A stretch of DNA of 64,000 bases from Candidatus Saccharimonadota bacterium (GTDB lineage: Bacteria; Patescibacteriota; Saccharimonadia; Saccharimonadales; UBA10212), in NCBI GenBank assembly GCA_022841445.1, contig JALHRM010000004.1, forward strand, positions 11,429 through 75,428, given 5' to 3'. This document shows positions 48,095-57,191 of the stretch, one piece after another. Below the pieces are notes generated by a model. That model had not been told where the DNA came from. It made no database searches and saw only the letters and a program-made list of their open reading frames with translations. A program made the translations under genes and the position numbers. The stretch's first letter is position 1. Each line of letters begins with the position of its first letter.

Positions 48095-50968
48095 CTACCG
48101 CAACGAGCGGTGACGATGCAGAATTTTTCGAGCAAAAGGAACAATTATGATAGTGAGCGGTATTGCTAGCATCGCGGCAGGCCCCACCTTTAAGTACAGC
48201 AACAAGCCTAGCACAATAGCCGCAAGGATAAGCCATTGAAGGAATGCTCCTCGGCTAATTTTTAGGCGTAAGTACTCTGCTCCCAGATAGTAGTACGGAA
48301 ATACCGTTATAACCAAGAACGTGCTGCTTAATAGGCCAAATATCAGAGTTATACCCAGCCCTTCCCAGAACGGATTACTGAGCACCAGCGGGATGAGCGA
48401 CACAATCGCCGTCAGACTGGTAGCAATAAGTGGCCGGAACCGCTCCTGCAGGGCAAGTGCAATTGATTCTGTTGCACTTTTGCCCTCCCTGCGAGCCTGA
48501 TTTGCATAGTCAGTAAGCAAAATGGTGTTCTTTATACTGAGCCCTATAAGCGCAAAGAAACCAAGCATCGTAAAGAAGCTAAAGGCATTATCAGTTGCCA
48601 ACAGGCTGGTCGTGATACCAAATATACTAAACGGAATTGCCAAAAATATAAGCGCCGGCTGCAGCAGAGAACGGAATTGCCAGACTAAGAAGAAGTATAT
48701 TGCAAGAAGCAGCAGTGGGAATGCGATGATGAGTGCTTTAAACGCGTTTTGATTGTCACCCTCTTGGCCTATATCGAACGATATGTCGTCTGGGCTGAGA
48801 CCATATACTGCCGTACGTTCTTCGGTGAATTCCTTTTCGACAGCGGCCTGAGCAAGTAACACGAGTGTACTTATGTCGGCTCCATCAAACTCTCCGTTGA
48901 CTGATAGAAATTTTTCAGCGTTTAATCTGGAGATTGTGTCAGGATTAGCAGCAGACACTGTTTTAAATACCGCCGTAGTACCATCAGGGCGTTTTAATTC
49001 GACAGAACGCATAAACTCTTCTACTTCGCCAGCCAGACCGAGTGCAGAAGCACTATTTTCGCTCGCTATACGCACACCAAAGTTAGCCGTCGGCGGCCCA
49101 GCGTCAATTTGTGCAGTTTTAATAATAGCGCCGTCAAAATCTTTGAACGTTGCATTAAGCTTTGTTATGAGTTCTGGCGATTTTGGTTCACGCTTTTTGA
49201 ATGACTGTAAATCTATATATAACGTGGCACCTTGATTTGCGCCCTGTCCAATGCTGCCTTGCCCATAAAACGATGCTTGCTTGAAACTATCACCAAGCGT
49301 GACATCAACGATATCAATTACACGGTCAGCAATTTGACCGGCTTCGATGATATTTGTACCTTGAGGATACGCAATCGTAAGCGCAATTTGATCACTGTCT
49401 TTGGTTGGCGCAAATATATTGAAGGTAACCTTTTGGAATAATGCCCCTCCCACTCCTATGAAGCTGAATCCTACCACTAACGCAATAATGCCCAGCGACC
49501 ATTGACGTGGCCGATGATGCCTACTCCACAAAATCGGTCTTGCCAACAATGAAGCAACACGAGATTCCGACTTATGTGCTGGCGATTCTTCATCACCATC
49601 TTTACCAAGATGTTTGGGGCGAAGCAATACATACTTTGATACAAAAGGTATGAATGCTAAAGCCACGATAAGACTAATAAACAGACTTGCTATAACAGTT
49701 ATCGGGATTGCCCGAATAAATGAACCAAGGATTCCACCGGTAAATAATAATGGCGCAAAGCCGATTGTAGCCGTGACAGTAGCCGCCACCATCGCCCGAC
49801 TGATTTTTTTAGATGCCCGGCGTATCACTTCACGTGCATTCTTTAATTTGCGGCGTTGGGCATCGATTGCTTCGACCATGATAATCGTGTCATCGACGAT
49901 GAGGCTCAGGCACAAGACGAGCGAAAATAATGTTATTACGTTTAATGAATAGCCAATTACATACAACAGGGCAAGCGTAGCGGTAATTACCAATACCATT
50001 GACATAACGGTGATGATTGAAGCCCGGATTGCTATTAGAAGTGCACACACAACCAGCACGGCAACCAGCCCTTCAAGCAGTGCGGTTTGAAGATTGTTAA
50101 TTTGGTCGGTTATTTGAGGCGCAATACTGTAACTACGCTTCACGTTAACACCAAGCGTGTCGGATTTAGCAGCATTTAGGCTGTTCGTGGCTTCGGTAGC
50201 TTGCTTATCAAGTTTCAGAATATCTGCGCCGTCTGCACCTTTAATACCAATCGTAACGGAGTTATAGAAGTTATTCTGATCTGTTCTTAAGCCGTATCTA
50301 TCAAATGTCGTCTGGCGCACCGCTGGCTTACCCGTTACAGGATCAACACCTCGGACATACGGGTCAATAACAGCAATATCTGCCGAAAGTGGTATCAGAT
50401 TATCTCGTTTAATAGTAGTGACGAGTTCCCTCGCCGCCTCAACTAACTCGGAGGTTGTCTTGTCACCTTTTGGTGCGTACACCGAAAGCAATACATCATC
50501 ACCGCGTTCATTGATATCGTTACCCAGCGGCTGGAAGTTCGCTCTCGCTTGTTCGGGCAAAATTGACGATGATTTTACCGCCTCTGCAATCGAATTGCTG
50601 GCAGTTTCAGAATTCGTCCCCTCTTGATACTCAATGACAATACTAAAGAAATTGCCACCGGCACTCGAGGTAACGTTCTTTACATCAGCCTGATCGACAA
50701 TGAACTGGCTGAGTGGTTTGGCGACCTCGCTATCAACTTTAGCGGCATCGTTAACAAGGTACGGACCGTTGATCAAACTATACGGAACAGAAACATCCGG
50801 AAAGCCCTCTCGTTTTAATAGTGTCGTGTAGCTGGCGATACCAAACGCCAGAATAGTTAGCCAAATGACGAGTGAAAAAAGCGGCCTGTCAAAGGCCAGT
50901 AAGCTAATCCGCTGGAATAAAGTGAGGCGTTTCGGTTTTGCTGGTATGTCAGACACGTGTTGCTCCAA
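48095..50968 (-). CDS. RND (AcrB-like) permease with shortened extracytoplasmic domains
   Basis: REGFP after TM1, LIVDDTIIMVE (TM4), SIKNTILL (TM10), RFRPLIATSLT (TM11); two-fold TM1+loop+5TM layout plus extra C-terminal hydrophobic segments. Confidence 0.88.
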   Translation of the reverse strand: MEQHVSDIPAKPKRLTLFQRISLLAFDRPLFSLVIWLTILAFGIASYTTLLKREGFPDVSVPYSLINGPYLVNDAAKVDSEVAKPLSQFIVDQADVKNVTSSAGGNFFSIVIEYQEGTNSETASNSIAEAVKSSSILPEQARANFQPLGNDINERGDDVLLSVYAPKGDKTTSELVEAARELVTTIKRDNLIPLSADIAVIDPYVRGVDPVTGKPAVRQTTFDRYGLRTDQNNFYNSVTIGIKGADGADILKLDKQATEATNSLNAAKSDTLGVNVKRSYSIAPQITDQINNLQTALLEGLVAVLVVCALLIAIRASIITVMSMVLVITATLALLYVIGYSLNVITLFSLVLCLSLIVDDTIIMVEAIDAQRRKLKNAREVIRRASKKISRAMVAATVTATIGFAPLLFTGGILGSFIRAIPITVIASLFISLIVALAFIPFVSKYVLLRPKHLGKDGDEESPAHKSESRVASLLARPILWSRHHRPRQWSLGIIALVVGFSFIGVGGALFQKVTFNIFAPTKDSDQIALTIAYPQGTNIIEAGQIADRVIDIVDVTLGDSFKQASFYGQGSIGQGANQGATLYIDLQSFKKREPKSPELITKLNATFKDFDGAIIKTAQIDAGPPTANFGVRIASENSASALGLAGEVEEFMRSVELKRPDGTTAVFKTVSAANPDTISRLNAEKFLSVNGEFDGADISTLVLLAQAAVEKEFTEERTAVYGLSPDDISFDIGQEGDNQNAFKALIIAFPLLLLAIYFFLVWQFRSLLQPALIFLAIPFSIFGITTSLLATDNAFSFFTMLGFFALIGLSIKNTILLTDYANQARREGKSATESIALALQERFRPLIATSLTAIVSLIPLVLSNPFWEGLGITLIFGLLSSTFLVITVFPYYYLGAEYLRLKISRGAFLQWLILAAIVLGLLLYLKVGPAAMLAIPLTIIIVPFARKILHRHRSLR

Positions 50969-53492
50969 TCGAAGTTAGTAAATTCTTTTCAATTACTGCA
51001 AGTATAGCTTGAACTTCTTTATCAGTCATCGTTCTACTCTGACTTGTCAGCGTAACGCGAAATGTAGTCTGCTTATTGGCACTAGCTTCGGTTTGATAAA
51101 TATCAATTGGCGCAAGTGTTACAGAGCAGTCGTCCGGCACATTCTCAACCAGTTCCTTATTTAGATTTTTATAAAGCTCTGAATATGTCAGCCCGGCATC
51201 AGTTTTTATGCAAATATCCTGCTCAATACTGGGAAATCTTGAAAGCCGCGCGTAAGTCGAATTTCCGGAAATTTTCATCAGAGACGCCAGACTCAACTCA
51301 AAACCACTACAAAAATCTGGCAACTTTAAATTTCTCTTTACGCTTGGTGCGTATTCGCCAACTCGTCCAATTATGGTGTCTTTGTAAGACACAACAGCAA
51401 CTCGTCCTGGTTGATAGTATTGAGCTGCACTATCGGAATCATTGTCATCTTGGTGTTTAAACATAATAAAGTCATCGGAAATACCGATACTTTGCAGGAC
51501 AAAATTCAAGTACTGCCTGGCGTAAAAAAACGGCGCCCCAGATAAAGCAGAGGCTGCTTTTTTGTCAGCCGCGTAGGCAAAAGCGAGCCGATCAAATGAC
51601 TGTGGAACATCGCCGTCCATCTTGCCTTTGATATGGCATTTGCCAAGTTCAAATAGGGCGAATTTATCAAACCCGGACTTAATATTAGCGTGCACCTGTG
51701 ACAGTAGACTCGGGGTCAAACTCTGACGGTAATACTGCAGGCTTGGGCTCAATGCGTTTCTGATGTGATAAGAATCTGCCGGATCCTGGCCAACTTTTTT
51801 AAGTAGATCTCCGTGCACAAAGCTATAGGTCAGTACTTCGTTCGCACCGCCACCTTTGAATATTCTACGCAGGAGTTGCTTCAGAACAATTATGTCCTGC
51901 ATGTTAGACGGATGCACCGGACGACTAGGCAGAGCCAGTGGAAGCGCGCCGTACCCGTAAAGTCGGCCCACTTCTTCGACAACATCTTCGGCAATTTGTA
52001 TATCAGTGCGCCAAAACGGCGCTGTAAGTTCCAAAGATGCCTGCGGAGCATCATCCATAATTGTCGGGGGCTCGAATTCGACGTTCTTAAGTAGTTGGCG
52101 TATGTCAGAAGTCGGAATATCAGCGCCTAGTCTACTGTTTATAAACTCACTTGTTACAGCTATTTTTTTATTGTCTTCAACTGTTCCCTGTATGTCATAG
52201 GCTTCGGAAGCAACAGTGCCACCAGCGTATGTTTTAATTTCGTCAACTATTTTGGCAAGTACGCGGTCGTTCTGATGAGGACTCTGTCCCTTGCTAAAAC
52301 GAGTTACTGCATCTGTGAATAACCCATGGCGCATTGATGTGCGCCGAATGGCATACATATCAAACGTGGCACATTCGATGACGATATTTGTGGTGGTTTC
52401 ATCTACTTCGGTATCCTGCCCGCCCATCACTCCAGCGAGCGCAATAGCTTCTTTATCTGTAGCGATGACAATGTCATCTTTATTCAGTTTTATTTTTTTC
52501 CCGCCGAGCAAAGTCAGTTCTTCGCCCTCATGTGCCAACCTTGGGCCAATCGTGGCGACATCACCGCTACGGGCTTTGAGCTTATCGTAATCAAAGGCGT
52601 GCAGCGGCTGAGCTGTTTCTAGCATGAAGAAATTAGTGTAATCAACGATGTTATTGATTGGCTTACTACCGACACGGCTCAAAAAAGTTTGCAGCCACAG
52701 CGGGCTCGACGCAACCCTAACATTGCTCATAGCTTGTGCCATAAACCGGGGCACCAAAGTGCTTATCTCATTACTGACACGAAGTTCGAGTTTTTGCTCC
52801 ACGGAATGCGTAATTGGTTGCCGATACCAATCTGGAGAAGTATATGATTGGCCAAGTATACCGGCTAGTTCGCGGGCTACCCCTAGATGACCAAAACAAT
52901 CCGGGCGATGGGTAAACATTTTGTTTTCAAGCTCAATCACTACATCGTCGATACCGTAAAGCGCTTTAAATAAAGTCCCGGGCTTGGCTAGATCTTCTCC
53001 CACGTCCTGGGCAGTTATTTCCAACAACCCTTCATGGCTTGTGCCTATGCCAAGTTCGGATGGGCTGGCGAGCATACCATTACTCATTTCGCCTCTAATT
53101 TCACGAGCTTCTAGCGTAAAGGGATCTTTTTCGAGCGTGCTTGGCACGATAGTACCCGGTGGTAACCAAGCAACTAGCATGCCAGTTCGTACATTCGGTG
53201 CGCCGCAAACAACCTGGACTAAACCATTTTTGTTGCGGGCAACATCCTTCACTACTCCACTGTCGTCTATAAGACAAATGTGCAATGTATCGGCATTAGG
53301 GTGTTTTTCACAACTCACCACCTTGGCAACAACAATACCCTCGTAGCGATTTCCAAAATATTCTACACCCTCGACAGCACCAAGCTGTACGCCAATCCGC
53401 TGCACAAGTTCATCAACCCCGCCGCTTGATGGGTCTACACCACATCCGTAGTGTTGATTTATGTGCCGAATGAGATTCAGGCTTATTTTCAC
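50949..53492 (-). CDS. pheT: Phenylalanine--tRNA ligase beta subunit
   Basis: HPNAD, VCGAPN, RPDC, QPLHAFD, RTDIQIAEDVVEEVGR, FDX-ACB tail. Confidence 0.96.
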   Translation of the reverse strand: MKISLNLIRHINQHYGCGVDPSSGGVDELVQRIGVQLGAVEGVEYFGNRYEGIVVAKVVSCEKHPNADTLHICLIDDSGVVKDVARNKNGLVQVVCGAPNVRTGMLVAWLPPGTIVPSTLEKDPFTLEAREIRGEMSNGMLASPSELGIGTSHEGLLEITAQDVGEDLAKPGTLFKALYGIDDVVIELENKMFTHRPDCFGHLGVARELAGILGQSYTSPDWYRQPITHSVEQKLELRVSNEISTLVPRFMAQAMSNVRVASSPLWLQTFLSRVGSKPINNIVDYTNFFMLETAQPLHAFDYDKLKARSGDVATIGPRLAHEGEELTLLGGKKIKLNKDDIVIATDKEAIALAGVMGGQDTEVDETTTNIVIECATFDMYAIRRTSMRHGLFTDAVTRFSKGQSPHQNDRVLAKIVDEIKTYAGGTVASEAYDIQGTVEDNKKIAVTSEFINSRLGADIPTSDIRQLLKNVEFEPPTIMDDAPQASLELTAPFWRTDIQIAEDVVEEVGRLYGYGALPLALPSRPVHPSNMQDIIVLKQLLRRIFKGGGANEVLTYSFVHGDLLKKVGQDPADSYHIRNALSPSLQYYRQSLTPSLLSQVHANIKSGFDKFALFELGKCHIKGKMDGDVPQSFDRLAFAYAADKKAASALSGAPFFYARQYLNFVLQSIGISDDFIMFKHQDDNDSDSAAQYYQPGRVAVVSYKDTIIGRVGEYAPSVKRNLKLPDFCSGFELSLASLMKISGNSTYARLSRFPSIEQDICIKTDAGLTYSELYKNLNKELVENVPDDCSVTLAPIDIYQTEASANKQTTFRVTLTSQSRTMTDKEVQAILAVIEKNLLTSIGATRV

Positions 53493-54061
53493 TTTAGTAA
53501 CTCCTCAAGTAGTTCAGGAAAAATTTCGCCGCCTAAATCCTCATAGCAAAAATGCTTCTTACCGCTGATTTCTCTGTAGTCTATGCCGGTTATCTTGTCG
53601 CGAAGTATATCAACAGATTTGGTGATTGATGCAAAGTCATTGTCAGACGCGATAATCAGTAATCGCTCTGTTTGTTTCACAATATCGCTCTGTAGAGAAA
53701 AATCAAAAAAATCTACAGCATCGAGTTGATTTTCGGGGTTAATCCAAGGCGCAACCAGGACAACAGTGCCTGCTTTTACATGGGGGTTTTCAGACAGATA
53801 ACGAACTAGGAATCCGCCGCCACAGCTATGCCCAATTAGAGCAGTGCTTGAATCGACAGCAAATTGTTCAAAAGTTTCCTTCCAATCTTCATAGATTGGC
53901 CGGTACGGCTTTGGCATCTCTGGAGTTTGAGCAAGGACGTTATTAATCGTCAACTGTTTCTGGAGCCAAGCAAGCCAATTGGCGTTCGATTGACTCGGCA
54001 TTGCAGGATCATAGTACTCATCTCTGCTGGGTTTTCCGTGTAGTATGATGGCTTTTTTCAC
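53489..54061 (-). CDS. RBBP9/YdeN family alpha/beta hydrolase
   Basis: ILHG, GHSCGG nucleophile elbow, SDND, KHF. Confidence 0.88.
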   Translation of the reverse strand: MKKAIILHGKPSRDEYYDPAMPSQSNANWLAWLQKQLTINNVLAQTPEMPKPYRPIYEDWKETFEQFAVDSSTALIGHSCGGGFLVRYLSENPHVKAGTVVLVAPWINPENQLDAVDFFDFSLQSDIVKQTERLLIIASDNDFASITKSVDILRDKITGIDYREISGKKHFCYEDLGGEIFPELLEELLK

Positions 54062-55098
54062 TTGAACTGCCTTAGGAACTTTAAATTGGCACTATGAAAA
54101 TAACGGACGTCTTCGATATCATGCTTCAACATCACGAGGCGCTCGATACCAAACCCCCAGGCAAAACCAGAATAAGCGGCCGGATCAATATCGGCTTCTT
54201 TTAAAACGTTGGGGTGAATCATTCCGCAGCCGCCTAGCTCGATCCACCCTGATTGCGAGCAGATATTGCAGCCCTTTTGGTTACAAAAAACACAACTGGC
54301 CACAAATTCAAAACTGGGCTCCGTAAACGGGAAATAGAATGGCTGTAGTTTCACTTTTATATCTTTTTCAAAGTACGCACCGAGCCAGGATTTTAGCACC
54401 GCAATCAAGTGAGCGGTTGAAACACCGTGGTCTACATATATGCCCTCCAACTGATAAAAGGTGTGTTCATGGCGAGCATCAAGGTCTTCGTTGCGGAATA
54501 CGCGATCTGGTATCACCGCTGCAATTGGCAGGTCGTTTTTTACTAAATCGTTCTTCCCGGCACGCAGTATGCGGTTCTGCATGGTACTGGTATGAGCCGG
54601 CGCAATTAAGCCTTCGTCGGTCACGAATGTATCATAGTCATCCCGTGCCGGATGATCAGCCGGAAAATTAAGACTTGTAAACATATGGTAATCGTCGTCA
54701 ATCTCGCGTGATTCGTAAACGCTAAAACCCATCCGGCTCAAGATTCCTATGATGTGTTCCACTTCGCTCATCAGAGGGTGAATCGTACCCTGTGAAGCAG
54801 GAAGCAGCACTGGCTGATCTTTCACCGCCACATTGATGTCAAACGGCGCAGTGATATCAATCGATGGGTGTTCATCGGCTGTTTCAACAACTGAGTCTAC
54901 CCAAGATTGCAATTCGTTCTTAAGTTCGTTTACTTCTTTACCAAATCCGGCTTTTTGGTCTGGTGGTAGTGTTTTAAGCTGATCATATAATGAGCCGAGT
55001 TCGAGCGATCGCATGATAGCCCGCTTGTCGTCTAGTGATTCAAAGACAGATTTTAGCGTATCAGCCACACGAGCAATATCAGGATTTTGATAGGCCAT
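54058..55098 (-). CDS. pheS: Phenylalanine--tRNA ligase alpha subunit
   Basis: HPAR, HTS, FRNE..H..FYQLEG, FPFTEPS, CxxC-x4-CxxC, GFAWGFGIERL. Confidence 0.96.
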   Translation of the reverse strand: MAYQNPDIARVADTLKSVFESLDDKRAIMRSLELGSLYDQLKTLPPDQKAGFGKEVNELKNELQSWVDSVVETADEHPSIDITAPFDINVAVKDQPVLLPASQGTIHPLMSEVEHIIGILSRMGFSVYESREIDDDYHMFTSLNFPADHPARDDYDTFVTDEGLIAPAHTSTMQNRILRAGKNDLVKNDLPIAAVIPDRVFRNEDLDARHEHTFYQLEGIYVDHGVSTAHLIAVLKSWLGAYFEKDIKVKLQPFYFPFTEPSFEFVASCVFCNQKGCNICSQSGWIELGGCGMIHPNVLKEADIDPAAYSGFAWGFGIERLVMLKHDIEDVRYFHSANLKFLRQFK

Positions 55099-55145
55099 AA
55101 TTGCTGTAATTATATCAGAGAGGCAGAAGCGGTTATACTATTTAT

Positions 55146-55643
55146 ATGGCAGATTATAGTTTCGATATTGTTAGTGAGTACGACAAAGCCGAGATGAACA
55201 ACGTTTTCGACCAGACGCGGCGCGAGATGGCCAACCGCTATGACTTTAAAAATACTTCGGCAGCCATTGAGTGGCTTGACGGCGACAAGACTGGTTTGAA
55301 AATTACTGGCGACGGACAATACCAGCTTGATGCCATTATTGATATTGTCCGTAAAAAACTAGCAACTCGCGGGCAAAACCAGAAAGTACTCGACCTCAGC
55401 AAAGAGCCACTAACCGCCAATATGAAAACGACATGGCACGTTTCTTTCGTAAGCGGGCTCGATAGTGTCAAGGCGAAAAAAATCACCACTATCATCCGTG
55501 ATAGTCACCCCAAGCTCAAAACCCAAATACAGGGCGATGCGGTAAGAGTCGTCAGTCAAAAAAAGGATGAACTTCAGGCGGTGATGCAACTCCTACAGTC
55601 TCAAGAATTAGACTTTCCCATACATTTTACAAATTACCGATAA
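55146..55643 (+). CDS. yajQ: YajQ family nucleotide/c-di-GMP-binding protein
   Basis: SFDIVSE, NRYDFK, QIQGDAVRV..KKDELQ, FTNYR. Confidence 0.94.
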   Translation: MADYSFDIVSEYDKAEMNNVFDQTRREMANRYDFKNTSAAIEWLDGDKTGLKITGDGQYQLDAIIDIVRKKLATRGQNQKVLDLSKEPLTANMKTTWHVSFVSGLDSVKAKKITTIIRDSHPKLKTQIQGDAVRVVSQKKDELQAVMQLLQSQELDFPIHFTNYR

Positions 55644-55664
55644 AGTAATATAATTAGCATAATT

Positions 55665-57146
55665 ATGGCTACAGTCGAACAGGCCTGCGTGTTACTTGAT
55701 GACCGATGGCGACCTATAGGTGTTGCAAACAGTCCTGCTCACCCTGACAGCTGGGGTAGTGAACGCACCTTGTATATTGGAGCACAACTAGCCATCGCCA
55801 GTAGCTTTAGGGAAGGTCTAGGGACTGAAGTAAGCCCAGCACACCCAGATGGTTTTGGGCATGAGACCGCTGGCTTAGTACATGCTCATTTGGCTACTGG
55901 CAACCCAGACCGGGCAATGGTGGAATTTGACCGCTACATAGCCAGTGTTTATCCAAGCGGGTTTTCTGGCCACTATGTGCTTGGTCCGCATAAGCGACTC
56001 GGCATGGAGACAAACTTTATAGACGCGTTTGTGCAGCGAGCGATCAAACTACCAAACGGCGAACGAGTATCGCCACTCGCCGCTCCACCGAACTGGGCGA
56101 TAGCCGCCGAGGCTATCGCTGGTCACCTCGAAGAAACAGGTGTAAACGCAAAAGATTGGGTAGCTGAACACTTTGATCTGTTATGCCGTAGTACGTTAGC
56201 ACTATATCGAGAACGTGGGCAGAGCGACGGAATGCTGGTTCAGTTACACCAAGATGAACTAACCCTCAGGGATGGCCGGCTGAGAGATTTGTCGGTAGCT
56301 ACTGCCAAGCAAGCAGGAGGAAAGCAAGGACCAGTTGGCCAGAATCTCGGCAGCATACGACAAGTCTTGTATGCTGACTCGGAAAACGCTGCCGACAAAG
56401 AGCGGTTATCTAAAGATCCCCGCCAAGGACGTCTTGGACGCAACATGAAGTATGCTCCAATGATAGATGTTGGCATAAATGCGCTTAATGTCGCTAATAA
56501 TCGAGCCTTACAAAGGCTTGCTGAGCGATATAAATTGGTTATCCCCGAATCACTTGCTGATCTAGCTACACGAAGCGAACTATCATGGGCAAAGATTTGC
56601 GAACACGATGTACGATATTATCGTTTGCCAAGTTCCCGAATTTTGGACTCTGACATATTGCCGGGATCCAGCGAGGACGGTACCGGTCGCCCGGTGCCAA
56701 TGGAGGGGTTACTGGCTATTGCCCGTGCTCGGCCATACCTTCAAAGTGCCCCAGCCCAAAGAAGGGTATATGAAACTTTGACTGCAGTTACTGAAGCATT
56801 TCCATTTGGTATACCAACTCACGCATATATTTCAAAAGCCGGTAGGTTGACTGCTCAAAATCAACACGACCAAGGCACTATTTCACCATCGCTCACACTA
56901 GAACTCGCTGCGTTATTAGCCCAATCAGAGCAAGCACGATTTCGCGAATTAGGTCACGAAATAGGCCGCAATACACTACGCTCGTTACAAAATGCCCCAG
57001 AAAATCATTTTCCCCGAACGCTTGATCCTAACAGCGGCGAATCAAATCAAGCCGGTCCTGTTACGAGACGAGTAAAAAGCCGCCGGCCAGACTGGATGCC
57101 AACCGCCGCAGCCATGGTAGCTACCGCTCGCGTGTTTGAGACATAA
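55665..57146 (+). CDS. Highly diverged GH63/MGH1-like protein, probably catalytically inactive
   Basis: Colinear by-eye similarity to the downstream GH63 gene (PPNWAIA/PPMLAEA, DVGINA/DLAVNC, QGTIS/QGPSW, TAAAM/TAALI). Catalytic Asp and Glu positions are Arg. Confidence 0.65.
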   Translation: MATVEQACVLLDDRWRPIGVANSPAHPDSWGSERTLYIGAQLAIASSFREGLGTEVSPAHPDGFGHETAGLVHAHLATGNPDRAMVEFDRYIASVYPSGFSGHYVLGPHKRLGMETNFIDAFVQRAIKLPNGERVSPLAAPPNWAIAAEAIAGHLEETGVNAKDWVAEHFDLLCRSTLALYRERGQSDGMLVQLHQDELTLRDGRLRDLSVATAKQAGGKQGPVGQNLGSIRQVLYADSENAADKERLSKDPRQGRLGRNMKYAPMIDVGINALNVANNRALQRLAERYKLVIPESLADLATRSELSWAKICEHDVRYYRLPSSRILDSDILPGSSEDGTGRPVPMEGLLAIARARPYLQSAPAQRRVYETLTAVTEAFPFGIPTHAYISKAGRLTAQNQHDQGTISPSLTLELAALLAQSEQARFRELGHEIGRNTLRSLQNAPENHFPRTLDPNSGESNQAGPVTRRVKSRRPDWMPTAAAMVATARVFET

Positions 57147-57191
57147 TTTGCATCACGATAATAAGCGTAACTGCTATACTTTTTAGCAGTC

